Shown in pieces: positions 1 to 10,075 of a stretch of 64,000 bases of DNA (positions within the stretch are counted from its first letter, which is position 1; each line of letters starts with the position of its first letter). This DNA comes from an uncultured delta proteobacterium (GTDB lineage: Bacteria; Desulfobacterota; RBG-13-43-22): NCBI GenBank assembly GCA_963711835.1, contig CAVQFQ010000008.1, forward strand, positions 1 to 64,000. The letters run 5' to 3'. The notes under the pieces were generated by a model that was given only the letters and a program-made list of their open reading frames with translations, did not search any database and was not told where the DNA came from. The position numbers and the translations under genes were made by a program.

Positions 1-928
1 CTTACTGCTGACAATGTACCGCTTTTTGGATATCTTCTTGTTTCGTTCTATCTCATATTCGGTCAGCTTGGCCGTGGTCGTATCTTTCCTCATGATCCCA
101 TCTTTGATCTGATTCAGACTGAGAAAGCTGCGATTCGGTTCCCCAAAATATCCCTTATCCGCATAGATGATTTTAATCGGCTCATCCGTATGACAACTGG
201 CCGCCGCACAAAGAGGCAGATAGGGAGATTCATGATGCGAGGCCGGCGTAAGTTCCGTGGCCAAGACAAATCCGTTATCGACATCTACCGAGGCATGCTC
301 TTTCAGCCCATAATGGAGGATCTCCCTCTTTGGCCATCCAATCCGATTCCAGGTCACGAGAGAATTTAAGCGGCTTCCCATTCTTATCCACTTGACCTTC
401 GGCGGTCTCTTTCTTTTCCTTGTGTTCCTTCAGTTCTTCATCGCTAAGAGGATGACTGGCCGATTGGATCAACCGGGCATCTATGGCGATCCCTTCATTG
501 ATCGTTAATCCCTTCCGGGAAAATTGCTGCAGCACTTCATTATTGATCCAGGTCATCGCTTCTTTCGACAACCGACTCCTAAATCGGGAAAAGGTAGAAT
601 GGTCTGGAGATGAAGCATCAAGGGGTAGGCCTAAAAATTTCTTAAAAGACCACCGGTCATTGATTTGGTTTTCCAGTTCGGGATCTGAGGGAATGTGAAA
701 CCACTTCTGCAACAGTAAGGCCTTCAGAAGCATCAATGGCGGATAGGCATCGGCTCCTTCCTCCTGCCTTCCAATCTCGTAATAATCCCTCAACCGCTCC
801 TCCACTTTCGTCCAGTCTATCACTCGGTTGATTCGATCCATGGTTTTCAAACTTCGGTTCTTCTCCATAGAACTACTCAACGCTATATCCACAAAGCTGA
901 TATTCTGATTCCACCTCTTATATCCCAT
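1..928 (-). pseudogene. IS5-family DDE transposase, frameshifted near 320
   Basis: ORF 275..928 has YPPLMLLKALLLQKW, PDHSTFSRFR and AIDA motifs; another frame continues HYGLKEHASVD...YADKGY...KRYIV to the window edge. Confidence 0.85.
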
Positions 929-1105
929 TTCTCCCCCTTGTACTGGTTTCGGTGGAGAAACTTTACCCTTTTTATCGTGTCTTTGTCAAGTAATTTCAGT
1001 TAGTTATTTTATTTTTTGACTGTTTTTTCTGCTTCCTAATTAAACTTTTTCTGGCTTCTCTAATCTTCTTTTCACCAAACTTTGGTACGGTTGTGCAAAG
1101 GTCTC
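1..1105 (-). mobile_element. IS5-family insertion sequence (one end visible, runs off the window)
   Basis: Minus strand begins GAGACCTTTGCACAA at 1105, an IS5-family (IS1106-like) terminal repeat; transposase reading frame follows. Confidence 0.85.
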
Positions 1106-1834
1106 GGTTCCTCCTCCCCCTCTAAAATTCCGTACGGCGGGTTTTCCCCAGTACGGCTTCAAACTGGAATTCAACCGCAACCTTCGTCAGACCACCAGAG
1201 CTTAAGCACCGGGCCTGCATACCCTCCGGATGCCCTGACTTATATCCAGTCACAGTCCAGCATCTTTTCTTCTGTGGCCCTTTCGGGCAAGTTTGGCGAG
1301 ATCGGCTGATGGACCATCCAGTCCAGAGGCCCTTGGCTCGCCGACCGGTTATGTTGTCCCGCCAGGTCATCGCTTACTATGGCCTCATCCGAGACTCTCG
1401 ACCCCATCCCATCGACTTATGATTATTCGATGGCTCTTGGCCCTACGGCCTGTATGGGCTGGGTCGAGAGGCTCCCCAATTTAATCTGCATGTCCTTTCC
1501 CTTCGTGCCACCTCTTGGACCCCGGCGGACCGAGAGGGTGCCTTTGGCTGTTGCTTCCCCGCTCGTGGTAGCCTTCGCCATCTCTGCACGGGCTCGGCAT
1601 CCACAACCCCACGCACTCCGGTTCTTGCGTGGGAAGCGTAACGAGGCTAATAAGTTCGCTTATCGCTACGGCCCGATGAGATTGCTAGCCCTTCACCGAC
1701 AAGGGCGTTTACTTCCGAGCTTTCAGTCTGCCGGAGTCACCTCCGATAACGTCGGGTATCACTACATAGGTAAACAGCCAATTCCTATGGCCGGACTTTC
1801 ACCGGCTGGACATGCAGCCTTATGGGCTGCGAAC
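1106..1834 (-). ncRNA. Group II intron ribozyme without RT ORF; domain VI cut by the IS5
   Basis: 5' end GTTCGCAGCC; CTGCATGTCC/GGACATGCAG closes domain I; domain III-like GGATGAGGCCATAGTAAGCG...GAGCCAAGGGCC; domain V GAAGCCGTACTGGGGAAAACCCGCCGTACGGAATT at about 1161-1125; domain IV only about 160 nt. Confidence 0.85.
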
Positions 1835-1888
1835 GGATTTCACGGATGACACGGTTACAGATTTAGACTTCTTCAGTCTTGATCCGTT
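1835..1888. repeat. CACGGAT 9-mer repeat (intron insertion site)
   Basis: ggatttcacggatgacacgg directly abuts the intron 5' end. Confidence 0.8.
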
Positions 1889-2308
1889 TTAAGTGATCCA
1901 AGTGACTTTCAGGATTCCGTTTTTTTCAAGGTTACGGAAATCCGGGTCTCCTGTTAGGAGGGAGGAGTTGTTAATCTTGGCCAAAGCCGCAGCAAAGGAA
2001 TCCGCATAAGAAATCGGATAGTTGGCTTTGATGGCTGCTGCGTTCAATAGAAGTTCCTCGTTAATATGCTCTATAAACTTTATCGGAAATCTTTTGATCC
2101 GGGTATAAGCCAAATCCGCCAAATCCTGACCCTGTTCTCGAAGGGTAATATAGTAGACCTCTCCCAGATGAAGGGCATGTAAGTAGAGACGAGGGACACC
2201 CTTCTTGGCCTGATGAAGAAGGTTTTCTATTTCTTGGGCAAATGGTTCATTTTCGAGATAGCCTATCAGGGCAAAACTGTCCAATACATAACTAGTCTCT
2301 TTTGCCAA
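1889..2308 (-). CDS. VapC-family PIN-domain toxin
   Basis: YVLDSFALI, LGEVYY, ISYADSFAAALA, LLTGDPDF; probable TTG start at 2308 overlapping the antitoxin. Confidence 0.9.
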   Translation of the reverse strand: MAKETSYVLDSFALIGYLENEPFAQEIENLLHQAKKGVPRLYLHALHLGEVYYITLREQGQDLADLAYTRIKRFPIKFIEHINEELLLNAAAIKANYPISYADSFAAALAKINNSSLLTGDPDFRNLEKNGILKVTWIT

Positions 2309-2552
2309 GCCTTTTGTTCTCCCTCCGTTTTTCCAGTTTCTTTTCATTCAAATAGGTCTTTAGTAAGCCCGTTCCCTTTAACATTCCCCTGGCGGCTTTA
2401 ATGGCATCACCCGTTTCGGGAACCATTAACAAGCCTTCTTCTTTGGGAATCCACCGAATCGTCATTGCCGGAACGATGGCATATTTTTCCCGTAATCTCT
2501 TTGGGATCACAATTTGACCTTTTGAGGTTACCCTGGATGAACCTGCTTCCAT
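2292..2552 (-). CDS. AbrB/MazE/SpoVT-family antitoxin
   Basis: VTSKGQIVIPKRLREK motif, upstream of the PIN gene. Confidence 0.9.
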   Translation of the reverse strand: MEAGSSRVTSKGQIVIPKRLREKYAIVPAMTIRWIPKEEGLLMVPETGDAIKAARGMLKGTGLLKTYLNEKKLEKRRENKRLGKRD

Positions 2553-2632
2553 CTGTTTCCTCCTTCGGTTTTTTCTTCTTGATAGAAGCCAGCTTAAGAA
2601 ATCAGTAAGATTTTGTCAACAATTCATTCTTA

Positions 2633-2900
2633 CTTTTTTGGCACCCCAGTTAAATAGTCCTTCGGAATTTATCAGGGCAAGCGGATGACGCGGATTACAC
2701 TGTTAACTTCCGCCCGCCGGGGGCGGAGTTAAAACTAAAGAAAGGCAAAGACATTCTTTGGCACCCCAGTTAAATAGTCCTTCGGAATTTATCAGGGCAA
2801 GCGGATTACACGGACCTGCCTGTGCGTGTTCGCACGCAGACGGGTGGCACGGTTACTGCCTATCATTTCTCCAGAAATCAGGAGTCTGATTTCCGGATAA
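2633..2900. repeat. Composite intergenic repeat cluster
   Basis: Two copies of ttggcac-cccagttaaat...cagggcaag-cggat, further palindromes and a ctccagaaatc...gatttccgga hairpin. Confidence 0.85.
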
Positions 2901-3007
2901 CGTCCATAGGCCTGGAGCGAAATGAAAGCCCGAGATAACTGGATAAAAAATATTTGAAAAGGAGTTGTCAGAGTTAAATTTGTAAGAGATATTTATCCTT
3001 AGGCATT

Positions 3008-3286
3008 TTATTTCTTTTTTGGGAAAAAACGGTAAATATCTTTACGGTTAAGAAATCTGATTAGAGCGACCTCTTTCCCTGAGCGAACCTCCAGGCCCAA
3101 TCGATGCTCTCCGATTTTTATCCGACAGTATGACCCATAACCCTCTATTTTTCTTAATCCTTTTATATCCTGTAGGGATTCCGCTTTCTCCAATTCGGAG
3201 ATCAGAGCCCGCAGTTTTTTAAGAACATTCTTGTTATCAATACGATCGACATCTCTTGGAAAAGATTTATCGATCCCTACTTTCAC
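3008..3286 (-). CDS. RelE/ParE-family toxin
   Basis: LRKIEGYGSYCRIKIGEHRLG...NRKDIYRFFP. Confidence 0.85.
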   Translation of the reverse strand: MKVGIDKSFPRDVDRIDNKNVLKKLRALISELEKAESLQDIKGLRKIEGYGSYCRIKIGEHRLGLEVRSGKEVALIRFLNRKDIYRFFPKKK

Positions 3287-3504
3287 TTTGATTCCTTGAT
3301 CTTTTTATCAAGTTTTTGGAGAAAGGCCCGAGAGTCTATAACTTCCCCTGTTTTACCTTCATTCATGGCAATCCCCAACCCTATATCCTCAATGGCCTGA
3401 ATGACTGCATCTTCCACCAAATCGCTGCGATTGGTCAGGACATCGATGAATGCTTCCTGCATCAGTTTTTTAAGCGCTTGATTGTTTATGGTAATGGTCT
3501 CCAT
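3283..3504 (-). CDS. Putative antitoxin partner of RelE
   Basis: 73 aa, AIEDIGLGIAMNEG motif, overlaps the toxin start by 4 nt. Confidence 0.75.
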   Translation of the reverse strand: METITINNQALKKLMQEAFIDVLTNRSDLVEDAVIQAIEDIGLGIAMNEGKTGEVIDSRAFLQKLDKKIKESK

Positions 3505-3593
3505 AAAAAATGCTCCTAAGGCGAAATAAGTTGGTTAATCATAACATATTTTTATGGGAATTGAAGTCAGATCTTTTTCGTTTGGACAAAAAC

Positions 3594-3863
3594 CACGGTA
3601 AAAGGCTTTTTTATGAACGGATGACACGGTCTGGTCTATTTTGTCTATTTTGTCTGTTTAGTCTGGCATACGGCTAAAACTTTCTTTGGCACGGATTACA
3701 CGGATTACGCTGTTTTCACTTTATGAACCTCAAGAAAGCGGGTACCCGATTTCTTGAGGCGTCCAATCCACCAAGGGCGGAAAAACACAACAAAAAAACA
3801 ATTTTGGCACGGATTTCACGGATGGCATGGTACCTCCAGAAATCGGGATTCCGATTTCTGGAG
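3594..3863. repeat. Composite intergenic repeat cluster
   Basis: ggcacggattacacggattacgctgtt arrays, hairpins at 3728-3759 and 3834-3863, tgtctattt 9-mers. Confidence 0.85.
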
Positions 3864-3888
3864 AAAATAACTGCCAGGCCCTTCATTC

Positions 3889-4143
3889 TTATCGAAGACC
3901 TTCTATACTTTTTTTAAGTAACCGATTAACCAGCGTCCGGGTAGAAATATTCCATCTTCTTGCCAACTGTCGAACATCCTTGGCAATTTTTCGGTCCAAG
4001 GTAACCAGGTCTGGCATTTTTCTCAAATCAAATGAAAAATCAACCGGGACTAGTTGCTCATGATAATCATCAAGGTCACTCGTATCGAACCAGGCCGAAG
4101 CCTCCCTATAACTCCCGAATTCAAGCTTTTTCTTTTTTACCAT
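3889..4143 (-). CDS. BrnA/CopG-like antitoxin
   Basis: FGSYREASAWFDTSDLDDY N-terminus and RHH-like C-terminus, downstream of a BrnT remnant. Confidence 0.75.
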   Translation of the reverse strand: MVKKKKLEFGSYREASAWFDTSDLDDYHEQLVPVDFSFDLRKMPDLVTLDRKIAKDVRQLARRWNISTRTLVNRLLKKSIEGLR

Positions 4144-4266
4144 AAGTCTGCCTCTCCCTTTTTGTCATATCTCGAGCACTAATAACTAAAGCCCGTTTAT
4201 TTCTCTTTCTGACAAATAGGACGGTTACATATCAGCTGGCGGTCCGGCCAAAGGCGATATATAACA
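4121..4266 (-). pseudogene. BrnT-family toxin remnant
   Basis: LYIAFGRTAS*YVTVLFVRKRNKRALVISARDMTKRERQTYGKK; internal stop, no N-terminus. Confidence 0.75.
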
Positions 4267-4577
4267 AGTGCATAAATAGATTGCCTTTTGCCACAACAAA
4301 ACCTGATAGTCTCTATCGCTCAGGGAGGTTTTCCCTTTGTGAATGTCCACAAAGGGAAAAAAATAATGTCCGTGGTCGTCTGTGTGGGTCCGTGGCATTG
4401 AATGCAACCATTTACCTCTGTTAACCTCTCCTAACCTTCCCTCCTTCAAGTTTTCGAATGGCAACATCGCCTGAAAGGACTTCCTCAACTTCTTCCGGAT
4501 ATACGCCATGTTTGCGAATTATTTTATCAACAAATTCATCAAGCCACAAGCAATCGGTGATTTTCAATAGTTATATT

Positions 4578-5060
4578 CCTTCTTAAGGCATCTCATCCGC
4601 CTATGGCGGAAAAAAAGAAATGCAAAAACATTTTTGGCACGGATTTCACGGATTACGCTGTTTTCACTTTATGAACCTCAAGAAATCGGGTATCCGATTT
4701 CTTGAGGCATCTCATCCGCCAAGGGCGGAATAAAACCAAACAAGGACAATGAGGTTTTTTGGCTCTGATAAGAAAACATTAACATCTTTTTGCCCGATAG
4801 GGCTGGAGGTTGAAGGGGGAGGCGGAGGCCCGCCTGCCCCTTCAAAAATGATCCGTGCAATCCGTGTAATCCGTGGCAAGAAAAACAGTTCTTTTTCTGT
4901 TTAAAATCCTATTTTTTTGGACCGGATTACGCTGTTATGATTCCTTTTATAGCCTTAAGAAATCGGTACTTGATTTCTTAAGGCGTCCAATCCACCAAGG
5001 GCGGAGGAAAAAAAAGAAGGAATTGGCAGAGGGGAACCTCTCACGGAATTGGATGTTACG
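4578..5060. repeat. Composite intergenic repeat cluster with inverted 9-mer arrays
   Basis: ggcacggatttcacggat (about 4636) versus atccgtgcaatccgtgtaatccgtgg (about 4851); hairpins at 4676-4707 and 4953-4983. Confidence 0.85.
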
Positions 5061-5373
5061 CAATCGTCTTCAGTCCCTTTTCCCCGATTACCGTCAGCAA
5101 CCGCAAGGCCGGGCCGCCAGGTTTTTTGACACCCCGTTCCCAATCCGAAACGAGGTTTTTAGAGACATTCAGATAGCGCGCAAAGACCGGCTGGGAGATG
5201 CGCTCGCGCAGGCGTATGGTCTTGATTTCCTCGGGGCTGAGCACGCGCACCGTAGTCAGACAAGCCTCATCGAACTCGCGCATCGTCTGCTTGTCGATCG
5301 CGCCGACCTCGTGCAGCGCATCCATGGTTTCATGGATCGCGGCGAACACCTCACTTCGATACCTTTTCGTCAT
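5056..5373 (-). CDS. HigA-like XRE helix-turn-helix antitoxin
   Basis: IDKQTMREFD, ISQPVFARYLNVSKNLVSDWERGVKKPGGPALRLL. Confidence 0.9.
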   Translation of the reverse strand: MTKRYRSEVFAAIHETMDALHEVGAIDKQTMREFDEACLTTVRVLSPEEIKTIRLRERISQPVFARYLNVSKNLVSDWERGVKKPGGPALRLLTVIGEKGLKTIA

Positions 5374-5707
5374 TGCTTTCAATCTCCTCAATCTGGCCGT
5401 TTGCGATCAGGATGTTCAATTGGGCTTCGGAAAGCCCCAAGACATGCTTGGCCATCTTCTTGAACTGCTCTTCCTCGTCCTTGCGGATGTTGTCTCGCTC
5501 GCTTTTGGCAAATCCGTACACGAAAAACGCCCTTTGTCCTTCGCGGAGCAAAATGATCGTTCGATAGCCTTTCGACTTTCCTTGCCCAGTGGAGTCGGCA
5601 TCCACCTGCCCACTCTCGGCCCGCATAATCGCCTCGCGAAGTGTGTCATCAGAGATCTTCTGAGCACGCGTAAAACGAACAAACCAAGCGTTTTTGAAGA
5701 TTCTCAC
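5351..5707 (-). CDS. RelE/HigB-family toxin, apparently with an internal in-frame deletion
   Basis: MRIFKNAWFVRF, GQGKSKGYRT, FFVYGFAKSERDNI. Confidence 0.8.
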   Translation of the reverse strand: MRIFKNAWFVRFTRAQKISDDTLREAIMRAESGQVDADSTGQGKSKGYRTIILLREGQRAFFVYGFAKSERDNIRKDEEEQFKKMAKHVLGLSEAQLNILIANGQIEEIESNDEKVSK

Positions 5708-5815
5708 GCGACACCCCTAAATGTATCACACATGGTGTTACTTTACAAGTAGAATTTGGGGGTCAGATTTCTGGAGACCGGCTATCCGCCGGGGGCGTAA
5801 TAGGGCCTGCCTCGC

Positions 5816-6307
5816 CTATTCTCCTGCAAGCCGCCGGGCTATTCCAATCACCTCATCGGAAAGCCAGTAGCCATTCAGTCTTATCCCTTCAATCAGGGGA
5901 ACTACCCGTTCTACCAGTCCTCTCTTTTTGGCTAATATTAGCAACCCAACCAACCCGGTAACCGCTACTTTCAAATCCTTGGCTGCCTTCCGGCCAGCAT
6001 AATCGTCCATTAAAAGTAAAGTGTCTTTTCCCAAACTGCGGGCCAAGAGAATCGCCTGCCTTTCCCCCTCGTCCAATTCAACAAGGCTTCTTTTCCCCGG
6101 TGCAACAGATAGATTGACGGGCATTACCCGGATAAAATCCCGGAGTGCCAACTCAATTTCTTTTGCTTCAGGACCAATTTTTCCAAACAGCTCTTTATAG
6201 ACAAATGGAGGAATAAGGATTTCTTTCCCCATTATTTTCAAGAGGTCCAATTTCTCGATTTTGGCGAGCCCGATAATCGGCCCGGTATTGGAAACGATTT
6301 GCAGCAC
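5816..6307 (-). CDS. DUF3368 PIN-like protein
   Basis: IVSNTGPII, LDEGERQAI, LLMDDYAGRKAA, GYWLSDE. Confidence 0.85.
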   Translation of the reverse strand: MLQIVSNTGPIIGLAKIEKLDLLKIMGKEILIPPFVYKELFGKIGPEAKEIELALRDFIRVMPVNLSVAPGKRSLVELDEGERQAILLARSLGKDTLLLMDDYAGRKAAKDLKVAVTGLVGLLILAKKRGLVERVVPLIEGIRLNGYWLSDEVIGIARRLAGE

Positions 6308-6309
6308 CG

Positions 6310-6588
6310 TTATAAACTTCGCCCTTCTTTCAAATCTCTTCTTAACTCCGTTTCGATTTCTTCTGGAGGAACATTAAATACGCTCACCCGATATGTCCCA
6401 CATCTTTCCAGAAACTCAATCCGGGACAGGCCGGCAAGTTCAGCGGCCTTGCCTGAGGACACTTTCCCCAACTCAAACATTTTCAGCGCAGCCATGAGAC
6501 GAATATGCTGCTCCAATTCTCCTTTGGTCATATGGACTGCCTGTTCAAACCCAGGTGGGTATTTTATTTGCAGTTTTTCAGTTTCCAT
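6310..6588 (-). CDS. UPF0175-family protein (putative antitoxin)
   Basis: ALKMFELGKVSSGKAAELAGLSRIEF. Confidence 0.85.
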   Translation of the reverse strand: METEKLQIKYPPGFEQAVHMTKGELEQHIRLMAALKMFELGKVSSGKAAELAGLSRIEFLERCGTYRVSVFNVPPEEIETELRRDLKEGRSL

Positions 6589-6669
6589 TCTGGCACCTCC
6601 TGTGATTTAGTGACGTTGTTCATTCCATTCAGTTTTATCTCTCGCCCGATCACTCGAGGCCTGGAGGAA

Positions 6670-6885
6670 AGAAGTTTTTTGGCACGGATTACGCGGATTA
6701 CGCTGTTATGGCCTCTCATCCGCCCATGGCGGAAAAAAAGAAAGAAAGGCAAAGACATCTTTGGCACGGATTACACGGATGACACGGTTTCTTCAGAAAT
6801 CGGGTGTCCGATTTCTGAAGAAATCAGAGCCACCGGCCGCTTTCAGTCTTGATCCGTGTAATCCGTGATATCCGTGCCAAATTAA
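6670..6885. repeat. Composite intergenic repeat cluster with inverted 9-mer arrays
   Basis: ggcacggattacacggatgacacgg ... hairpin 6788-6823 ... tccgtgtaatccgtgatatccgtgcc. Confidence 0.85.
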
Positions 6886-6888
6886 GGT

Positions 6889-9837
6889 TTATTCGCTTTT
6901 AAAAAGTAAGGGCAAAAAGGTTTTTAGATTTTCGGTGGTTTGTGATCCCAGATTGACCCAATCCGTTTCGACCCCATCTCCATTTCGCGCTTTTACCTGG
7001 AAGCTATAGGTTGTTCCCGGATTTAGGTTGCCAATTTCCCAAAATAAGTCAGTCACCCATCCTGAATTGGTCCCTTGGGAGGTGTTCTCACAATAGTATT
7101 CCGTACCTGAAGGGTTATTATTGGCCGTCCAGTTTACCCGGATTTGGTTTTGGTTAACGTTGGCAAAGGTCCCCAGTCCCGGGGTATTGGCCAAGGTGTA
7201 TTTAAATAGCGTGGGAGAATAATCCGTCTCGCCAGGGGGTGAACTCGAATCCCGGGCCTTTACCCGATAACCGTATTGATGGTTGGGCTGCAGGGCCTGA
7301 TTGGTATAGGTTGGATCATTCTGCCAGACGGAATCCGCTCCGCCTGTGCCTCCGGTTGGACTGCCCATAAAATAAAAATAATAATAAAGCGGTAGGGTTC
7401 TATTATCCAAGGCGGTGGCGGCCGTCATGGAAAGGGAGGTGGAGTTAACGGCAACTAGGGAGATAGTTATCGGCTCGGTTTCTTCGACACTCCAATCACC
7501 AGCCAGGATATTAAAGTAAACATATCGGTCATCCTTCCCGATATATGCTAATCCGCCGATCGTTTGAGCCGGAGAATCATCGGCAAAGACAATGGTCCCG
7601 TTCACCTTAATAATCGGATTGCTAATGGTTAATTTAGGGATGCCAATCTTGGCCATGGTTCCCGTGGGAGAATGGATGGTCATATTTAGATGAATAGGAT
7701 TTATTAAATCAAAGGTAACGGCAATGTTTCCTTTAATGGTAGGCACCGTGGTGTTGATATAGGTCAGACTGCCCAGTTGTGGGATGACCTGAAAGGTTTC
7801 ATATCCCGGCTGGGTTGGCTTTATTCCGGCGGCATAGGCGGAAAGGGCGTGCAATCCCCCGCTGCTCCAGCCATGGTTGTCCGTCCAAATACCCCCTTTT
7901 TGCCAATTTTCCCATAAGGTGTACCCCGGATCATCCACTTGGGTTTGGTATCTGCTCTTCATCCGGTTTTCCGCATCCCTGGCGGCATTAATCAGATAAA
8001 GGGCTTCGAGGACATAAAATTCCATGTAAGGGCTGGCGTTAAAATAGGTATTCAATACACTGACGATGGATGGGTAATTTGTCCGGATCGGCCAAACCGG
8101 AGACCACGGCCATGGCATTGGCCCGGTCGTCCGTAACCCCTGAATACCCTGGAGAGCGATAGGCGTTGTTGACGGGTATCCCAAAAGACCCGGTTAAAAT
8201 TTTGGGCGATGCTGGATTTTCTGGCGTTCCATTCGGTTAAGTCAGTTAGGTTATCTGAGAGTTGGGCTATTTTAATGATCGTATTTAAGGCCATATAATA
8301 TAAGGTGTTATCCAATATTCGGACATCAATATTATCATTCCAGTCATACCAAGCCCAATCTCCGTCTCGATGAGAAACCAAACCGTCGGCATCCAAATGA
8401 CCAAAGATCAGATAGGCTTTTATTCGGGAATAGGTACTTCTTAACGGTTTCGGCGTCACCGGTGTATAAATAAAAATCCCAGAAGGAGGCTATGGAGGCC
8501 AGCATCTGGGCCGGCAATTCGTAATTTGTGTTGCCTGGAATCGGGGAATGCAAAACATTATCCGGTCTGACCCAGTCCATGAGTTCATGTATGGCCTTTT
8601 TCGTTAAGAGATAGCTTTGAGGATCAAAAACGTAAAATCCACCTTTTATTTCGTTAACGGCATCCCCCCACCATTGAGCCCGTTCCCGGGTCGGGCAGTC
8701 CATGTAATTGTCTCTCATATTTAAATAAATGGTCCGGGCCGCCTTTTGCCAGAGGGTGTTAAAAAACGCGTCATTGCTGGTAAATGACCCGGCAAATTCC
8801 GTGTCATAGCCACTTTCCCGGTATTTTAATTCTAATTATTCTTACATTCTGGGAATGGTATAGTTGACCGCCGTTCCGGACATCCAGCCCAGGGATTCGA
8901 ATTCCTGTACACCTTCCTTAGTAATATAAGTGGACCGAACATTATTATATCCTCCGTCGGTATAATGGTCGGTTTCTATTGCAATGACCAGCACCAGCCG
9001 GGGCCTCGACCTTTAGATAGGGTGTGACCTGAAGGTTGGAGGGCAATACCGCGACAATGGGAACTGATCCGGTACCATAAGTAGGGAATCCGCCTGGTTG
9101 CTATAATCCATCAGTCCGCTGTATTTAAAAAACGGTATGGGTCTTGGTTTAAACTCATTCCAAGGCGGGCCTCCGGCCGGGCCTTTTTCGGTAGCTTGTT
9201 CCCATAAGCTATCGTCAAAACCGGAAGCGATCCAGTTGTCCATGGATACGGCGTCAACTGCACTATAATAAATATTGGATTCGGACAATACAGGGTTAGG
9301 TTGAGTTCCGGAGGAATCTCTGCCAAAACCAGGATGGGATATGGCTTTCCAGGTATTATCGCTGACGATATCCACTATGGCGTCGTCGGTGACGATACGG
9401 GATTCAACCAAAAGTCCCCCCTGCCCGCTGTCCAGATGAGATGAGCCGCTTTTGCCGAAATACCAGACCAGGACGGCAAGGGTATTTACCCCGGCTCTTA
9501 AATGGCTGGAAATATCCAGCCGATCGATGTAGGTATCCAGGGGATTGGGGCCTCTTTTTAAACCGCCCTCAAAAATTACCAGGCTTCCGTTAATATACAA
9601 CCAGTACTTGCTGTCAACGGCGATATAGGTTCGGGCCTCGATGGGGTCGGAGGAAAGTGTAAACGTTTTTCGAAAAGCCACCCACTGGTTGGGGATTGAC
9701 TCCGCAGTCCAGATCCATTTTCCATCAAAGGCTGATTCTGCTAAATTCGGAAGGATGAGAAGGAAAATTATTAAAGTTATGCTTATCGATATCGTTTGGA
9801 CTTTCAAACAACAATTATTTTTAGGCACGGATTTCAC
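6889..9837 (-). pseudogene. Secreted alpha-L-rhamnosidase (GH78) with C-terminal fibronectin type III domains, several frameshifts
   Basis: Signal peptide, WIW...FRKTF, AVDSKYWLYING, MDCPTRERAQWWGD, TLWENW, NHGWSSG and FN3 repeats spread over at least five frame segments. Confidence 0.8.
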
Positions 9838-10072
9838 GGATTACACGGTCATGTTTTTAAGTATCTCAAGAAATCGGGCATCCGATTTCTTGAGAAGTCT
9901 CATCCGCCTGCGGCGGTATAAAACAGAACAAAAACATTAGGTGTTGGGCATGTATAGAAAAACAGGAATATGTCTCTTGCCCGATAGGGCCGGAGGCTGA
10001 AGGGGGAGGCGGATACCCGCCTGCCCCTTCAAATTAAATCCGTGCAATCCGTGTAATCCGTGGCAAAAAAAT
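9815..10072. repeat. Composite intergenic repeat cluster with inverted 9-mer arrays
   Basis: Same modules as 4578-5060; 9978-10067 is nearly identical to 4790-4879. Confidence 0.85.
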
Positions 10073-10075
10073 ATT

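Noticed and set aside
1082-1849. ORFs 1082..1309, 1122..1370, 1293..1484 and 1379..1849
   Set aside because: They overlap the intron RNA and have no RT or other recognisable motifs
2701-2736. attC site (taac...gtta palindrome)
   Set aside because: About 35 bp, too short, with no L boxes and no integrase in the window
4225-4509. 94-aa ORF
   Set aside because: No family motif; overlaps the BrnT remnant in another frame
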